Below are positions 31,304 through 42,493 of a stretch of DNA of 54,818 bases, piece by piece (position 1 is the first letter of the stretch; every line of letters begins with the position of its first letter). Source of the stretch: Prasinococcaceae sp. CCMP 1430. Taxonomy: Eukaryota; Plantae; Prasinodermophyta. Where the stretch lies: NCBI GenBank assembly GCA_013416795.1, contig RQSC01000482.1, positions 1 through 54,818 of the forward strand, read 5' to 3'. The position numbers were made by a program, and so were the translations under genes. The notes beneath the pieces are model-generated. The model did not search any database, was not told the origin of the DNA, and worked only from the letters and a program-made list of their open reading frames with translations.

Positions 31304-34300
31304 ATGGCCGGCGAGGGAGGGGACGAGGAGATGGCGGGGGTGCCGCCGGCGCCCGCCGCCATGTACGGCCGCTCCGGCAGCGTTTTTGTTGATGCCGAGC
31401 CTGATGGGACGGGCAACGCCTCACCCGGCGCGGCGGGCATGTGGGGCTTGGACGCGGCGCGCTCCGCACCCGACAACGTGCGGCGGGCGGTCGTGTCATC
31501 GCACCGCTCGCTCAAGTCGCGCGTGTCGCACGACGTCGACGCGTGCCTGGCGCTCAGATGCTGCCCGGGCTCGGCGCGTCTGACCACTAAGTGGCTCCTT
31601 ATTTTTTGGGTGGCCGTCTTCTTCTGCGTCGAACTTGCGCTTGCCACCGTGCTCTTCGTGCTGGATGTCTTCGGCGTCGGCCAGACCTTCGCCGACAACT
31701 GTTCCAGCTGGATAGCGGATCAACTGGGCAACTGGACGACCTGGGATGGCTCCAGTTGCGACGCGAGCTCGTCCGACTATTGCCCGTGCAACGTGGCTTG
31801 TGCAATAGCCGACGGGGAGGTGCGGGGGCCAAGCGATGAAGGCGTCGAGCACTTGGACGTCGCGAGTTACGTGCTCACGATCAGCATTGTAGCAATTGAG
31901 CTCGGTTGTCTCTTGATCATCACGCTCAAGATCACCAAGCCTCTATTCAAACTGGAGAAGAGCGTCTCGCAGATAGTCGCCGCCGCGGAGGCGACCGAAG
32001 CAGAGGACGCGATGCGACACGCTGCCATAGGGGTGGACTCGGAGGATGTCGAGAATGGCGTGTCCCAGCCAGAAGAAACGAACGATAGCACCCCCCGCCA
32101 AGTTCGAGGTCCGTCTGACTTTTCCTACGAGCTGGACGCGCTAGGAGCGAAGGACCGCAAAAAGGCAGAGGTGCGCCGCCGAGTGCGCACAGGGGGGGAG
32201 CAGCTCACCGCGTCGGGGCAGCAAGTCGATGAGGACGAAATGGTCATTGAGGAGGAGCTCTGGATCGAGACCGAGACTATGCCCGGTGATCTGGCTCGGC
32301 TTCACGTATCCCTGAACTTGTTGCTTCGACGGATGCAGGCACTGCAGCGGCAGCGCGCCATGCTCCGCGCGCAGCTCATCGCATCTCTGCGAAGCGAGTG
32401 CCATGCCCGCCGGGAGCTGCACGAACTCAAGTGCCAAGTTGCCGCGACTGAGAGCGCAGCACGGCAGGGAGGCAACGCGTCCGCTTCACCGGAGGCAAAC
32501 CCGGAGCATCGTGCTGTGGGGCGCCTGCTCCCTCCTCTCCGTGCGAAGCCCAAAGACGCTCCCATCTCGCTCTTTTGCGCAACTTGGAATGTAGGCGAGG
32601 CGAGACCGCCTGACGTGCTGCCGAGCCTGCTGCACCATGCGCTCGAGGCGCGAGCGGACGTGGTTGCGATCGCCGTGCAGGAGTGCACATTCAAGCACGG
32701 CCTGACCCGCAACAAGAAAAGAGCCCTGGGTGGCGGGGGGAGTGGCGGGGCAGGCGTGGTCAGCGTGCAGGAGCACATGGCGGATGTGATCCAGACGACC
32801 CTCGGGCACGCGTACGGCCTCGTTGACGCGGCCAACATCCTCGACGGCAGCGACAGCGTTCGCAGCAACGTTGTGGGCACCGTGCTTGGCTCCCCGGACG
32901 CAGCGGGCATCCGCATATTTGTGTTCGCACACGCGTGCCACCACGCCTTCGTCGCGCCCATGGGCGTCAGCAGCGTGACGACCGGCGTCGGGGGCATCGG
33001 ATACAACAAAGGCGCAGTAGCAGTGTCCGTGAAGGTGCGCAACACCCGCATTCTCTTTGTCGGCTCGCATCTGGCAGCACACCAGGGCGAGGCACGGCAA
33101 CGAGACAGCGACTTCCAGAAGATTTCGAGACTAGTGCGCGCCCCTATTTGGCGCGAGGCGGCGTGGGGCGGCTGCCACATGCCCTGGGAGCAGGATGCCA
33201 CCTCGGCTAGCGCCTCACATAGCGGGAGTGCTGGCGAGGACACGGGCAAGGCCGCCATACGCGGCGCGGCGAATGCCCTCAGGGGCGCCATGCAGGGGAT
33301 CCTCGCAGGTGGCGCGTCAAAGTGGGAAGGGGCACACGACGCCACAGTGCCCGGCGAGGTCGCGAGCACAGCGGCCAACAAAGGCATGGATGGCAAGAGC
33401 GTGACGAGGAACGTAGCGCTGCCGCAACCCGAAGCTGCTGTGTCCCATCACCATACCGTCTGGATGGGCGACCTCAATTATCGCATCGAGCTTGAACGAG
33501 ACCAAGTGCTTGAGCTCGCTCGCAAAGGCAACTTCGACGAGCTCTACGCCGCCGATCAGCTCCGCGCGAGTCGCGAGGCCGGCACTGCTTTCGCTGGCTA
33601 CAACGAGGCCCCCATTTCGTTTGCACCGACGTTCAAATTCACACCCGGCACTGGGGAATACGAGAGCAAGAAAATGCGCGTGCCCTCATACTGCGACAGG
33701 GTCCTCTGGCGCTCCGCTGCAGGTCACCACTGCAGCTGCTCCACGTATGGCTCTGATCCTACCATCAAAACGAGCGATCACAAGCCGGTCTTTGCGGTCC
33801 TCAACGCCAGCCTCGGTCCTCGGCAGCTCGGTGGGCGTCCAGCAACGTTCGTACTCAAGCTCCACATCTTTGACGCTCGCGCGGTGCTCAGCGCTGGTGG
33901 TCCCGAATCTCTGGATGCTTCCCCCGGCCGAACTGCCGACTCTTTCAGCAGATACGATGTGCCGTCCGTGGGAGCTGAAGACACCACGCGCCAGGAGAGG
34001 TTGTCCGGGGAGGAGGCGTCGCTGGCGACGCCGCCTTTCGGCTATCGCATCCTCCTGAGCTGCGGCCACATGCGACGGACGCCTGCCGTGCTGAACGTCG
34101 CAGGTGTCGGTCATGACCCCTCCGTGATGGCACCTTCCGCGGGCGGCACGCTCCTTCTCTACATTGAGGAAGACAACGTCGAAGCCCTCTTAGCAGACCC
34201 CTTCGTGATCGTCGTGCACAGCTCTGGGGCGGAGGCGTCCTTCATCGAAGCTACTCCCGCGACCGTGACATCTGCGGAAGCCGAGCGTCGACAGGCACTT

Positions 34301-34624
34301 GCCAGGCAAAGCACCACCACCGCCGCCGACGGGAGGAACGCTCCAGGCGCCAACCACGACAGCGGCGAGGGGAAGCACCAAGAAACGCTGCAGCGCCCGG
34401 GATCGACGATGGGGCGGATGGGCTCCGGCAGCTTCGCCATCCCGCGAGAGGCCATTGTGAGCGCGGGCCTCCTTCCTGACGACCGCCCCAGCGACGAGCA
34501 CCGGAGGGTGCACGCGCCGACGCGCGACACGGCCCTTCCTGTCTCGGCCGACCTGTACTCGTCGGGCGTCCGGGCCGGCCGGCTGACATGTCGGCTCGCG
34601 CTGTCTCTCCACGCGCCTCAGTAA
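31304..34624 (+). CDS. Inositol polyphosphate 5-phosphatase with N-terminal two-TM/HAMP-like module
   Basis: 5-phosphatase motifs TWNV, QE, NKGAV, SHLAAH, WMGDLNYRI, DQL, FAPTFKF, PSYCDRVLW and SDHKPV. Two hydrophobic helices at ~31592-31680 and ~31860-31930. Confidence 0.92.
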   Translation: MAGEGGDEEMAGVPPAPAAMYGRSGSVFVDAEPDGTGNASPGAAGMWGLDAARSAPDNVRRAVVSSHRSLKSRVSHDVDACLALRCCPGSARLTTKWLLIFWVAVFFCVELALATVLFVLDVFGVGQTFADNCSSWIADQLGNWTTWDGSSCDASSSDYCPCNVACAIADGEVRGPSDEGVEHLDVASYVLTISIVAIELGCLLIITLKITKPLFKLEKSVSQIVAAAEATEAEDAMRHAAIGVDSEDVENGVSQPEETNDSTPRQVRGPSDFSYELDALGAKDRKKAEVRRRVRTGGEQLTASGQQVDEDEMVIEEELWIETETMPGDLARLHVSLNLLLRRMQALQRQRAMLRAQLIASLRSECHARRELHELKCQVAATESAARQGGNASASPEANPEHRAVGRLLPPLRAKPKDAPISLFCATWNVGEARPPDVLPSLLHHALEARADVVAIAVQECTFKHGLTRNKKRALGGGGSGGAGVVSVQEHMADVIQTTLGHAYGLVDAANILDGSDSVRSNVVGTVLGSPDAAGIRIFVFAHACHHAFVAPMGVSSVTTGVGGIGYNKGAVAVSVKVRNTRILFVGSHLAAHQGEARQRDSDFQKISRLVRAPIWREAAWGGCHMPWEQDATSASASHSGSAGEDTGKAAIRGAANALRGAMQGILAGGASKWEGAHDATVPGEVASTAANKGMDGKSVTRNVALPQPEAAVSHHHTVWMGDLNYRIELERDQVLELARKGNFDELYAADQLRASREAGTAFAGYNEAPISFAPTFKFTPGTGEYESKKMRVPSYCDRVLWRSAAGHHCSCSTYGSDPTIKTSDHKPVFAVLNASLGPRQLGGRPATFVLKLHIFDARAVLSAGGPESLDASPGRTADSFSRYDVPSVGAEDTTRQERLSGEEASLATPPFGYRILLSCGHMRRTPAVLNVAGVGHDPSVMAPSAGGTLLLYIEEDNVEALLADPFVIVVHSSGAEASFIEATPATVTSAEAERRQALARQSTTTAADGRNAPGANHDSGEGKHQETLQRPGSTMGRMGSGSFAIPREAIVSAGLLPDDRPSDEHRRVHAPTRDTALPVSADLYSSGVRAGRLTCRLALSLHAPQ

Positions 34625-35135
34625 GAGACAAAAAACCACGGGCGACACCCAACTTTGACGTCTTTTTTCTTTGTTTCCTCTCGTTCACGGCTGTTGTTCC
34701 CCCCTCGCACGTTGATGACGACAAAGCAAGTGAAACCATATTTAGGGTCAACACACACAACCCGAACACAACGCCCCGCCTTGGTCAGTCGCGACAACAA
34801 TTCGCACTTAGATCGGACGACGCTTCTTTCACACAGACCCTCTTTCCCCTTCTTTTCCCTCACCTCGGTGCACACCACCCTCGCACGCCATTGGGGACGA
34901 TCGAAAGGTATTTCAGTCCGCTTCGGGCCGTGTTGGGTGTTCGATCGAACTGACCTGTTTGTTGGTTGATTCGGTTTTCCGACCGTTGCCGTCGCGCTGC
35001 GGGGGCGGGGGGCACGCGCGCAATGCGATTTGACGTACGTTTGGCGTGGGGTGCGGGCCGCGGGCGCCGCGCGAAGCGGGGGGCGGGTCGTCGGCGGGGG
35101 GAGGCGCGGCNNNNNNNNNNNNNNNNNNNNNNNNN

Positions 35136-36092
35136 CGCCGCTCGTTCGGCCTCATCCTGCGCAAGGTCGGCGGCGCGCAGGGCGGCGCGGCCGCCGCCGC
35201 GGTGGACGCCGCGCTCGATGTGGGCTCGAAGCGCCGCGCGCGAGTGGTGAAGCGCTTCGAAGGCGGCACCGCCGGGCGCGAGGCCCAGCAGCGCAACTTC
35301 CGCGTCGCCGTCGTGCGCCCCGTGCTCGCGCCCGTCTTCGTGCACGGCCCGCCGCCAGCGCTTCAGGCGCAGGTCGACGCGCAGCCTGCGCTCAAGCCGC
35401 TGGACGGAGGCGCGGATGATATGCCCGCCATGGCCGACGCCGAGCTCGACTTCGGCGAGATGGACACCGACATGGGCGCAGCCGACGACCCCGCGGCGTT
35501 CGTCCCCGAGTCGCCGACGGCCGACGCCGCGATGGGCGAGGACGGCGCCGCCGAAGAGGAGGCGCCCGTCGAGGAGGGCGTGGCCAACGAGAGGGGCGTG
35601 TCCTTCGCCCCCGGTACCGGCTCGCTCGCAACCCTCGAGGAGCCTGCCAAGGCGCCGCGCGCGCGCAAGCCCAAGTTCACGCGCGAGGCAGCCGCGCAGC
35701 GCCAGTCGCTCGCGGGGCTGAGGCGCTCCAGCCGCCGGCGCATCGCGCCGCTTCAGTACTGGCGCGGCGAGAAGAAGGAGTACGAGCGCAAGTACATGTC
35801 GCTCCCGACCGTTTCCAGCTTCAAGAAGCTCGAGCCCTTCTCGCCGAGCGACTGGAACAAGCCGAAGCGACGCGCTCGCACCAACGCGGGCGGCGCCAAG
35901 AAGACCACCAAGCGCAAGGGAAAGACAAACGCCGCCACCGCCGGCGGAGCTACGGAGACGGAGGCCGTGCAGACCACGCCGACCGGCATGTCGGCGGGTG
36001 CGAGCGGCTCGCCCACTCCCGGTCCCATCGTCGCTGTGTCACGGCTTACCGAAGGCATGTCCCCCGCCCCGGCCATGGCCATGGAGAGCTGA
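35136..36092 (+). CDS. CENPC: Centromere protein C (CENP-C/Mif2-like); 5' end at a small N gap
   Basis: CENP-C motif RQSLAGLRRSSRRRIAPLQYWRGEKKEY followed by plant-type SLPTV. The rest is low complexity. TGTAA at 36296. Confidence 0.8.
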   Translation, partial: RRSFGLILRKVGGAQGGAAAAAVDAALDVGSKRRARVVKRFEGGTAGREAQQRNFRVAVVRPVLAPVFVHGPPPALQAQVDAQPALKPLDGGADDMPAMADAELDFGEMDTDMGAADDPAAFVPESPTADAAMGEDGAAEEEAPVEEGVANERGVSFAPGTGSLATLEEPAKAPRARKPKFTREAAAQRQSLAGLRRSSRRRIAPLQYWRGEKKEYERKYMSLPTVSSFKKLEPFSPSDWNKPKRRARTNAGGAKKTTKRKGKTNAATAGGATETEAVQTTPTGMSAGASGSPTPGPIVAVSRLTEGMSPAPAMAMES

Positions 36093-36419
36093 GCAGCGCC
36101 GCCGCCTGCGCGATTGTGCGAGTGAGCGAAACGTCGCGCGCGCGAGCCCCATGCGCGCTCGTCGGGGCGGAAGCAGGGCGACACAACAAAGACATCTGGC
36201 CAGCTGCCACTCTTCCGGGCAGCGCACTGACCAGCAATGGCCTACTTCGAACGTGAATAGATGCGCCCTGCGCTGCGCGTGCCCCTTCTCCCCGTTGTAA
36301 ACAACCTGTCATGCGAGGCCACCCACGCGCGCCAAGCCGCGCAGCGCGCGCGCAGGTGCGCCAGAGCTCATCTACGCGCGTCGGCTGGCTACTTAGTACC
36401 ATATAAGGCATTTTGTTTC

Positions 36420-37727
36420 CTACGTCTCGGCGTCTTGTGTCTTGTCTGCAGCGCCTACCCCGCCAATCTCCCTGTGAAATCTGCGCACGGCGGCAACCAC
36501 CGCCTGCGGCGCCTCGAGCTGTGGCCAGTGGCCCACGCCGCGCAGCAGCACGACGTCGGCGCCATCGCCCACCTCGGCGGTGAAGGCTTCCGCCATGTGC
36601 TCCCCCGAGATAGGGTCCTCCGCGCCGCACACAAAGCGCAGCGGCACCGCCGTGCGTCGCAGAGCTCCGACCCAGCGCCCTTCGTGCACTTTGCGCTCCT
36701 CGATATACGCCAGTAGGGTGCCTAGCGCGGCCTTGCCACCCTTGTGATAAGTGGCCGCCACCATCGCGTCGAGTTCTTCGCGCGCCTGCGGCACGGCGAA
36801 GGTGCGCTCAAGCGAGCGCCGAGCGGCAAACTCAGGCACGAAACGCGCGATCCACGGCTGCGCGGCGAGCAGAGTCTGAATGGGTAGCGCGCGGTGCGCG
36901 CCGGGCACCACGCCGCCATTGAGTAGGACCGCACTCAGCATGCGCGCTGTTGTCGGACCATTGCCCCCGGGCTCACTATCGCCTCCCCTGCCTACATTGA
37001 CCTCGAGCTCCCGCGCGAGGAGCTCCTGCAGCACTGTGTCGCCGTAGTCATGGGCGAGCACGTGGTAGCGTGCCACGCCCCGCGCGGCGAGCAGCGCCAG
37101 CACGAAGTCGGCTTGCTCGGCCACGCTCACCTGCAGCATGTACGCACGCGGCTCAACGCGCGCGTCAGCAGACTGATCGATCGATCGAGCGCGCGTGCAG
37201 GTGCCGCTGAGCGCGCAGCGGGTCTGCGACCACATAGGCCTGCGCACAACGAGTCGGGCGCCCGCACCGTTGCGTCTGCGCCACGAAGGCGATCGGTGGC
37301 CCCGAAACTCAGCAGGTCCGGCGCGATGATGCGATAGCGCGCGTTGAGGCTTGCGTGCACGAGGCGGAAGTCGTGCGAACTCGTGGGAAAGCCGTGCAGG
37401 AGCAACAACACCTCGGCGTCCTCAGTGCGCTCCAGGCCAGGCGTGGCCGCGGGGGCGTCATCGCGGTAGAACGCAGCAACGCCTGGGCGAAGAGTGCAAC
37501 GCGTATGCGCGGGCGGGGGCGTCAGAACGCGAGGTTGAGTGCATGTGCGTCCGCGCGCGGACGCGCGCCCGACCCGCCTCACCTCTGTAGTTGGCGTAGT
37601 GTCCGCCGCGGTGCCACTCCCGCAGAGCGGACGGCAGCGGCGGCGGCGCTCGGAGCGCCGCGTCGAGGAGCGCCGCGAGCGCCGCGAGCGCGGCCGTGCG
37701 CAGCGCGAGCGATCGCACGCGCGCCAT
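36420..37727 (-). CDS. MEST-like alpha/beta hydrolase (epoxide-hydrolase-like), spliced
   Basis: N-terminal hydrophobic segment, PPLPSALREW, LLHGFPTSSHD, APDLLSFG, AHDYGD nucleophile, LLNGG, DPISG and GHWPQLE. GTGAG donor near 37582. Confidence 0.88.
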
Positions 37728-37776
37728 GCCCCTGCCTCCTCAGCAGACCCGAGGGGTGGCGCGGCGCGTTCTCACA

Positions 37777-37831
<55 letters not shown>

Positions 37832-37930
37832 AGCCCCCCCCCCCCCCCCCCTCCACACCACCGCCGCCTCCGTGTGCGCCCCCAGCCAGTTGGAACGCGT
37901 CATCGCGCCCAACTGGAAAAACGCAGTCTC

Positions 37931-39282
37931 ATGGTGAAACGGCGGAGCGGGGTCGTGCCACAGCGCCCAGCGGCGGCGGCCGCGGCGGCCACCGACACGC
38001 CCCTCGCCCGTGCGCCCCGACACCGCGCCCCCTCTCCCGTGTGACTCAGCGTGCCGCCGGTCTTCTTCCGGCCCGCCGGCCGAGAGGACGACGCCGACCC
38101 GGCGCAGCGGCGGCGGCTCAGGCTGTGGACGCCGTGCAGGCGGCGGCGCCGCTGGAGGACGACGAGGACGACAGCGAAAGCGACGACGACGCGGCCGCAT
38201 TCGGGGCAGCGCAATGCCTACCCGTCGGTAGCAGCGCTGACACGCTCTCGTACGACCGCGCATCGCCCGCGGCTGCTGCTGAGCCGACCACCGCCGAGGA
38301 GTACCTGCGGCGCGTGCGATACGAGGCGGCGCAGCTGCCGGACATCACCGTCGCCACGCGCGAGCAGATCCAGGCCGGGGGGCGGTCGCCACGTCAACAA
38401 CACGGCTCTGCTGCTGTCTCTCTCACGCGCATTCGCACGTCGGACGGCCGCGCGCTCACAGCAATGCTGCCGCCGTCGATGCCGACGGTGCCTCCGAGCG
38501 TGCGCGCGTCGCAAAGGTGGGAGGTGGCTTTCCTGGCCGACTTCTCCGAGCTGAGGCTGCAGGCTGCGGAGGCGCGGGCGAAAGAGTTGGGCGAGGAGGT
38601 CAGTGGCGGTGGCGTGCCGCCATCGGACGACGGAAACGCATGGCAGGCGCGGCTGTCGGGCGAGATGGATGGAAGGTATGCCTGCGCCAGCGTGCCTGCA
38701 CGCGCGCGCATGCCCGCTCTGCGGGCGCGAGCGCGAGCGCGAGCGCGTGCGTGGTGTGTGCATGCGCATCCGCATGAACACCAGAACGCTTACACGCGCA
38801 CACACACCATGCAGCGATGACGGGCCAGGCGCACTGCAGGAGATGCTGCGCACGAGTGCGCCGCGTGTGCGCGCGGTGCTGCGCATGCTGTGTGAGAGGC
38901 TGGCCAGAATGAGCATCGACACGCACGCGTGCTCGCTGCGTGCGGTGGTCGGCTGGCTATTTGCCGCGGCGGCCTGCGTGGAGAAGCCGCTCGACGCCGA
39001 CACGGCCGCGGCGCTGCGATGCGGCACGCGCGCGGCTGCAGAGCTACTCGTTGCCATCGACAAGGGGGGTGAGTCCTTGGCGGGCGCAAGCGTGCGCGTG
39101 CGTGCATGCATGCGGCGCGTACATTGTGAAGGCGTGCACGTGCACCCATATCTGACCCGCCATGTCGCGCGCACGTGCGTGCACATGCGCACGCAGGACT
39201 GGCCGAGGCGCGCCACCAGTGCGTGGTGGACCTCAATGTTGTGTTCGCTGTCGCGGGAGGGTACTTTCGACAGCGCGGTTGA
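37931..39282 (+). CDS. GEMIN2: Gemin2/SIP1 (SMN complex), spliced; start inferred
   Basis: PTTAEEYLRRVRYEAAQLPDITVA, WEVAFLADFSELR, WLFAAAACVEKPLDADT and last exon LNVVFAVAGGYFRQ*. A one-codon first exon (ATG|GTGAAA...CTCAG|GCT) is plausible. Confidence 0.82.
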
Positions 39283-39429
39283 GCGCGGGCGTGTGCACCA
39301 CACACGTCAGCAGCGGGGATGTCCCCCTGCGCCTGACGACGAAGGATCGCGCGCGAGCGCGGCGTAGCAGGCTGGAGCAGAGTGACAATGTACATAACAT
39401 GGCGATGTTGTGCGGACAGGGGGTGTGCA

Positions 39430-40334
39430 TCAGCGGCGCATCCGACTACCATGAATGCCGTCAGCGCCCTGCATCTCTAGCACCTTGCCCAGCAGGTCGG
39501 CGCGCGTAGAACCGAGGTAGCTGCCGATGCGATTGCCGTCGCGGAAGAAGAGGAACGCTGGCACGGCGTCGACTCCGAGCTTTGCCATCGCGGCGAGGTG
39601 CTGGTCGTCTCTGTCACCGATGAGGCGCCCGAAGGCCGCCTGGCCCTGCCCTTTCTCACGCATGGCCTTGGCGAGCGACACCAGCGCTGGGTACATGTGG
39701 ATGCACTTGGCGTCGCTCTCGAGTGCCACGTCAACAACCATGAGTTGCCCCGGCAGGCCGGAGCTCACGAACGCTTCGACGTCCCCATCGCAGTGCAGCT
39801 GTTTGACGACGCTGTCGGCCTGGCCTTCGCCAAAGTACAGCACGCCCTCGCCAAGACCCGTCTGCGATTTCTTGTACCCCGCATGCTCCCACAGCAGGCG
39901 CCCTTTGCGGTAGAAGTGCAGCGTGGGCTTGATGTCCACGCCGAGCACGAACGCGATCTCGCTGCCGCCCTCGCTCGTCGTGTCGACGGAGAGGAAGGTG
40001 GCGTCCGGGCACTGGCGCGCGCAACGCTGCAGCGTGTGGCGCAGCTCGCCGCACGGCCGCATCTTCTCCTCCTTCGTGGGCTTCCAGAACTCCTCGGGCA
40101 GGGGATCGTTGCCTCCGGCCTCGCACACCTCCTGCGAGTCGAAGTCAACCACGACGAGCGTCGAGTCGCCCGCCGCCTCGAGGTGGGCGTCGAAGTCTTC
40201 GAGCGTGGCGACCTCGATCACGCGCGCCTCCATTTCTGCGGACTCGCGCTCGCGGCGCTCGCGCGCCTCGTCGGCCGTCTCGCCCGGCCGAAGCGCGCCG
40301 TCCGCACCCACGGCGCCGCCCTCGGGCGCCGCGG
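39430..40334 (-). CDS. Two-domain thioredoxin, CDSP32-like; N-terminus in N gap
   Basis: Two Trx folds (PTLHFYRKG and VPAFLFFRDG), LGEGVLYF linker and VDVALESDAKCIHMYPALV. Confidence 0.82.
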
Positions 40335-40664
40335 NNNNNNNNNNNNNNNNNNNNNNNNNNNNNNNNNNNNNNNNNNNNNNNNNNNNNNNNNNNNNNNNNN
40401 NNNNNNNNNNNNNNNNNNNNNNNNNNNNNNNNNNNNNNNNNNNNNNNNNNNNNNNNNNNNNNNNNNNNNNNNNNNNNNNNNNNNNNNNNNNNNNNNNNNN
40501 NNNNNNNNNNNNNNNNNNNNNNNNNNNNNNNNNNNNNNNNNNCCGCGCGGGGCTCGGCCGTTTCGCCATACGCGGCAGGGCGCGCGCGCGCGCGCGCGGA
40601 TCGGCGCGGCGGCGCGCGCGAACCAGGAAACTGATGGGCCCTGCGTGGCCCATCCGCAGATATC

Positions 40665-40714
40665 AAACCCTAAAAGGTAAAACCTGAAATGTGCTCATAG
40701 GGTTCGGGTTGGGG
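40665..40714. promoter_or_regulatory. Telo-box-like cluster in a divergent promoter
   Basis: AAACCCTAAAA on + and TAGGGTTCGGGTT in the opposite orientation. Confidence 0.55.
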
Positions 40715-41017
40715 CCTGCAGCTGTCCCGTCGGTGGAACGGGCTGTTACCGGGAGGGCGGCGCGGCGGCGGCGGCGCGAGAAAAAGTGCGCCTGCGAGAG
40801 AGGGTCGCATCACATCGCGGGCGGGCGGCGGTACCCCCCCCCCCCACACACACACACACACTCCCCGCTCTATCGCGCGCCACCACGCGCACCTCATTCC
40901 CGCAAGGCCGCTGCCGCTCGGCCGGTCACCCTGGCTGCCGGCCGCGCGCGAGCGCGCGCCGGCCGGCCGAGCGCCGGCGCTGCGGCGGGCGGGGGGCTCG
41001 AAACGCCCGCGGGAGGG

Positions 41018-42359
41018 ATGGACGCGCGACTCGAGGGCCTCATGGCGGGGCTGAGCCTGCCGGGGCTGGCGCCGTTCGAGGGCATGTCGGCGGTGGGGCG
41101 CCTAGCGGCGGCGGCAGGCGAGGGCGATGCCGCGCAGCTGCGCGAGCTCCTCGAGGCGGGCGCCGATGTGAACGCGGCCGCACAGACCGGCCGCACGGCA
41201 TCGCTCGCCGCTGCAGCTCGCGGCCACGACGAGTGCCTCGCGCTGCTCATCGAAGCAGGCGCGGACATCAACAGGGCCGACAGCGAAGGCTCCACGCCCG
41301 CGTTGGCCGCATGCGAAGGAGGCCACCCGGCGTGCCTGAAGTTGCTCATCGATGCGAACTGCGAGCTCGGCGCGCGTCGGAAGGACGGCGCGTCCACCGC
41401 ATACCTCGCAGCGCGCAGCGGCAGCGCCGAGTGCATTCTCGCAGTGGTGAACGCGGGGGCGGACGTGCGCAGCGCGACGCTCTCCGGCGAGACGCCAACA
41501 TATGCCGCGGCGGAGCAGGGTAATGTGGTCGGCCTCTGTCTGCTCGTCGGCTTGGCCGTCGACGTAAACGAGGCGCGCCGCTCGGACGGAGCCACCCCCG
41601 CGTTCGCCGCCGCGCGTGGCGGGCACCTCGGCTGCCTGCGGCTTTTGCTGAAGGCGGGGGCTGATGCGCATCGGGCGACGAACGACAACAGGACCACGGT
41701 TTACGCGGCGGCGTACAAAGGCCAGGCGCGCTGCCTCGAGCTGCTCATATCGGAGGGCGTCGACGTGAATCGCGCGGCGACCAGCGATGGCGCAGCGCCC
41801 GTCCACGTGGCGGCCAAGGAGGGCCACGCCGGCTGTCTGCGGCAGTTGATTGCTGCGGGCGCGGACCCCTGCAAAAAGACCAACGACGGGAAGAGCGCAC
41901 TGGACATCATCCTGGCCATCGCGCGCAAGCGCGGCGACGAGGAGACTGTGCGAATCTTCGAGCAGCACGTTGCGACCAATGCCGCCGTCAACGCCGTCGC
42001 ACAGCGCGCGCGCGCCCAAGCAGCGGTGTGTCTGTCGTGCCACAAAGAGGGCGTGCCTCCCGGAGCGACAGGGCAGGGCGGCGATGCGCAGGTCACCCTA
42101 CTTCAGTGCGAGGGGTGTGGTGACGCTCTCTACTGCAGCAAGGAGGTGCGTAAAGATGAGGAGGCGCGAGGATGAGGCTCGCCTCATCGCTCGCTCGCTC
42201 GCCCACGTGAGAGTGCGTGAGTCATGCGGGGGCTGACGCGGCGCCCGCTCCGCCGCGCATCGTGCCGCGCAGTGCCAGCAAGCGCACTGGAAGCAACACA
42301 AGGCCGCCTGCAAACGCGCGCAAAAGAAGAGAAAGAAGAAGACTGCAGGCGTAGTCTGA
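41018..42359 (+). CDS. Ankyrin-repeat protein with C-terminal MYND zinc finger
   Basis: About 8 ankyrin repeats (TPA..A...GH..CL.LL..AGAD.N). CLSC...CEGC...YCSKE|CQQAHWKQHKAAC after splicing 42146-42272. Confidence 0.9.
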
Positions 42360-42493
42360 ACGCGCTCAATTATAAGCACTGGCAAGTGGCAGGGCGAGAG
42401 GAAGTTAGCGCGCACAAAGGGACGCACGGGCGCACACAGTGTGCTCCGCCCTCCGCCCGCGGCGGCGTGCGTCTGACGTTTCGGTGCATGCAC

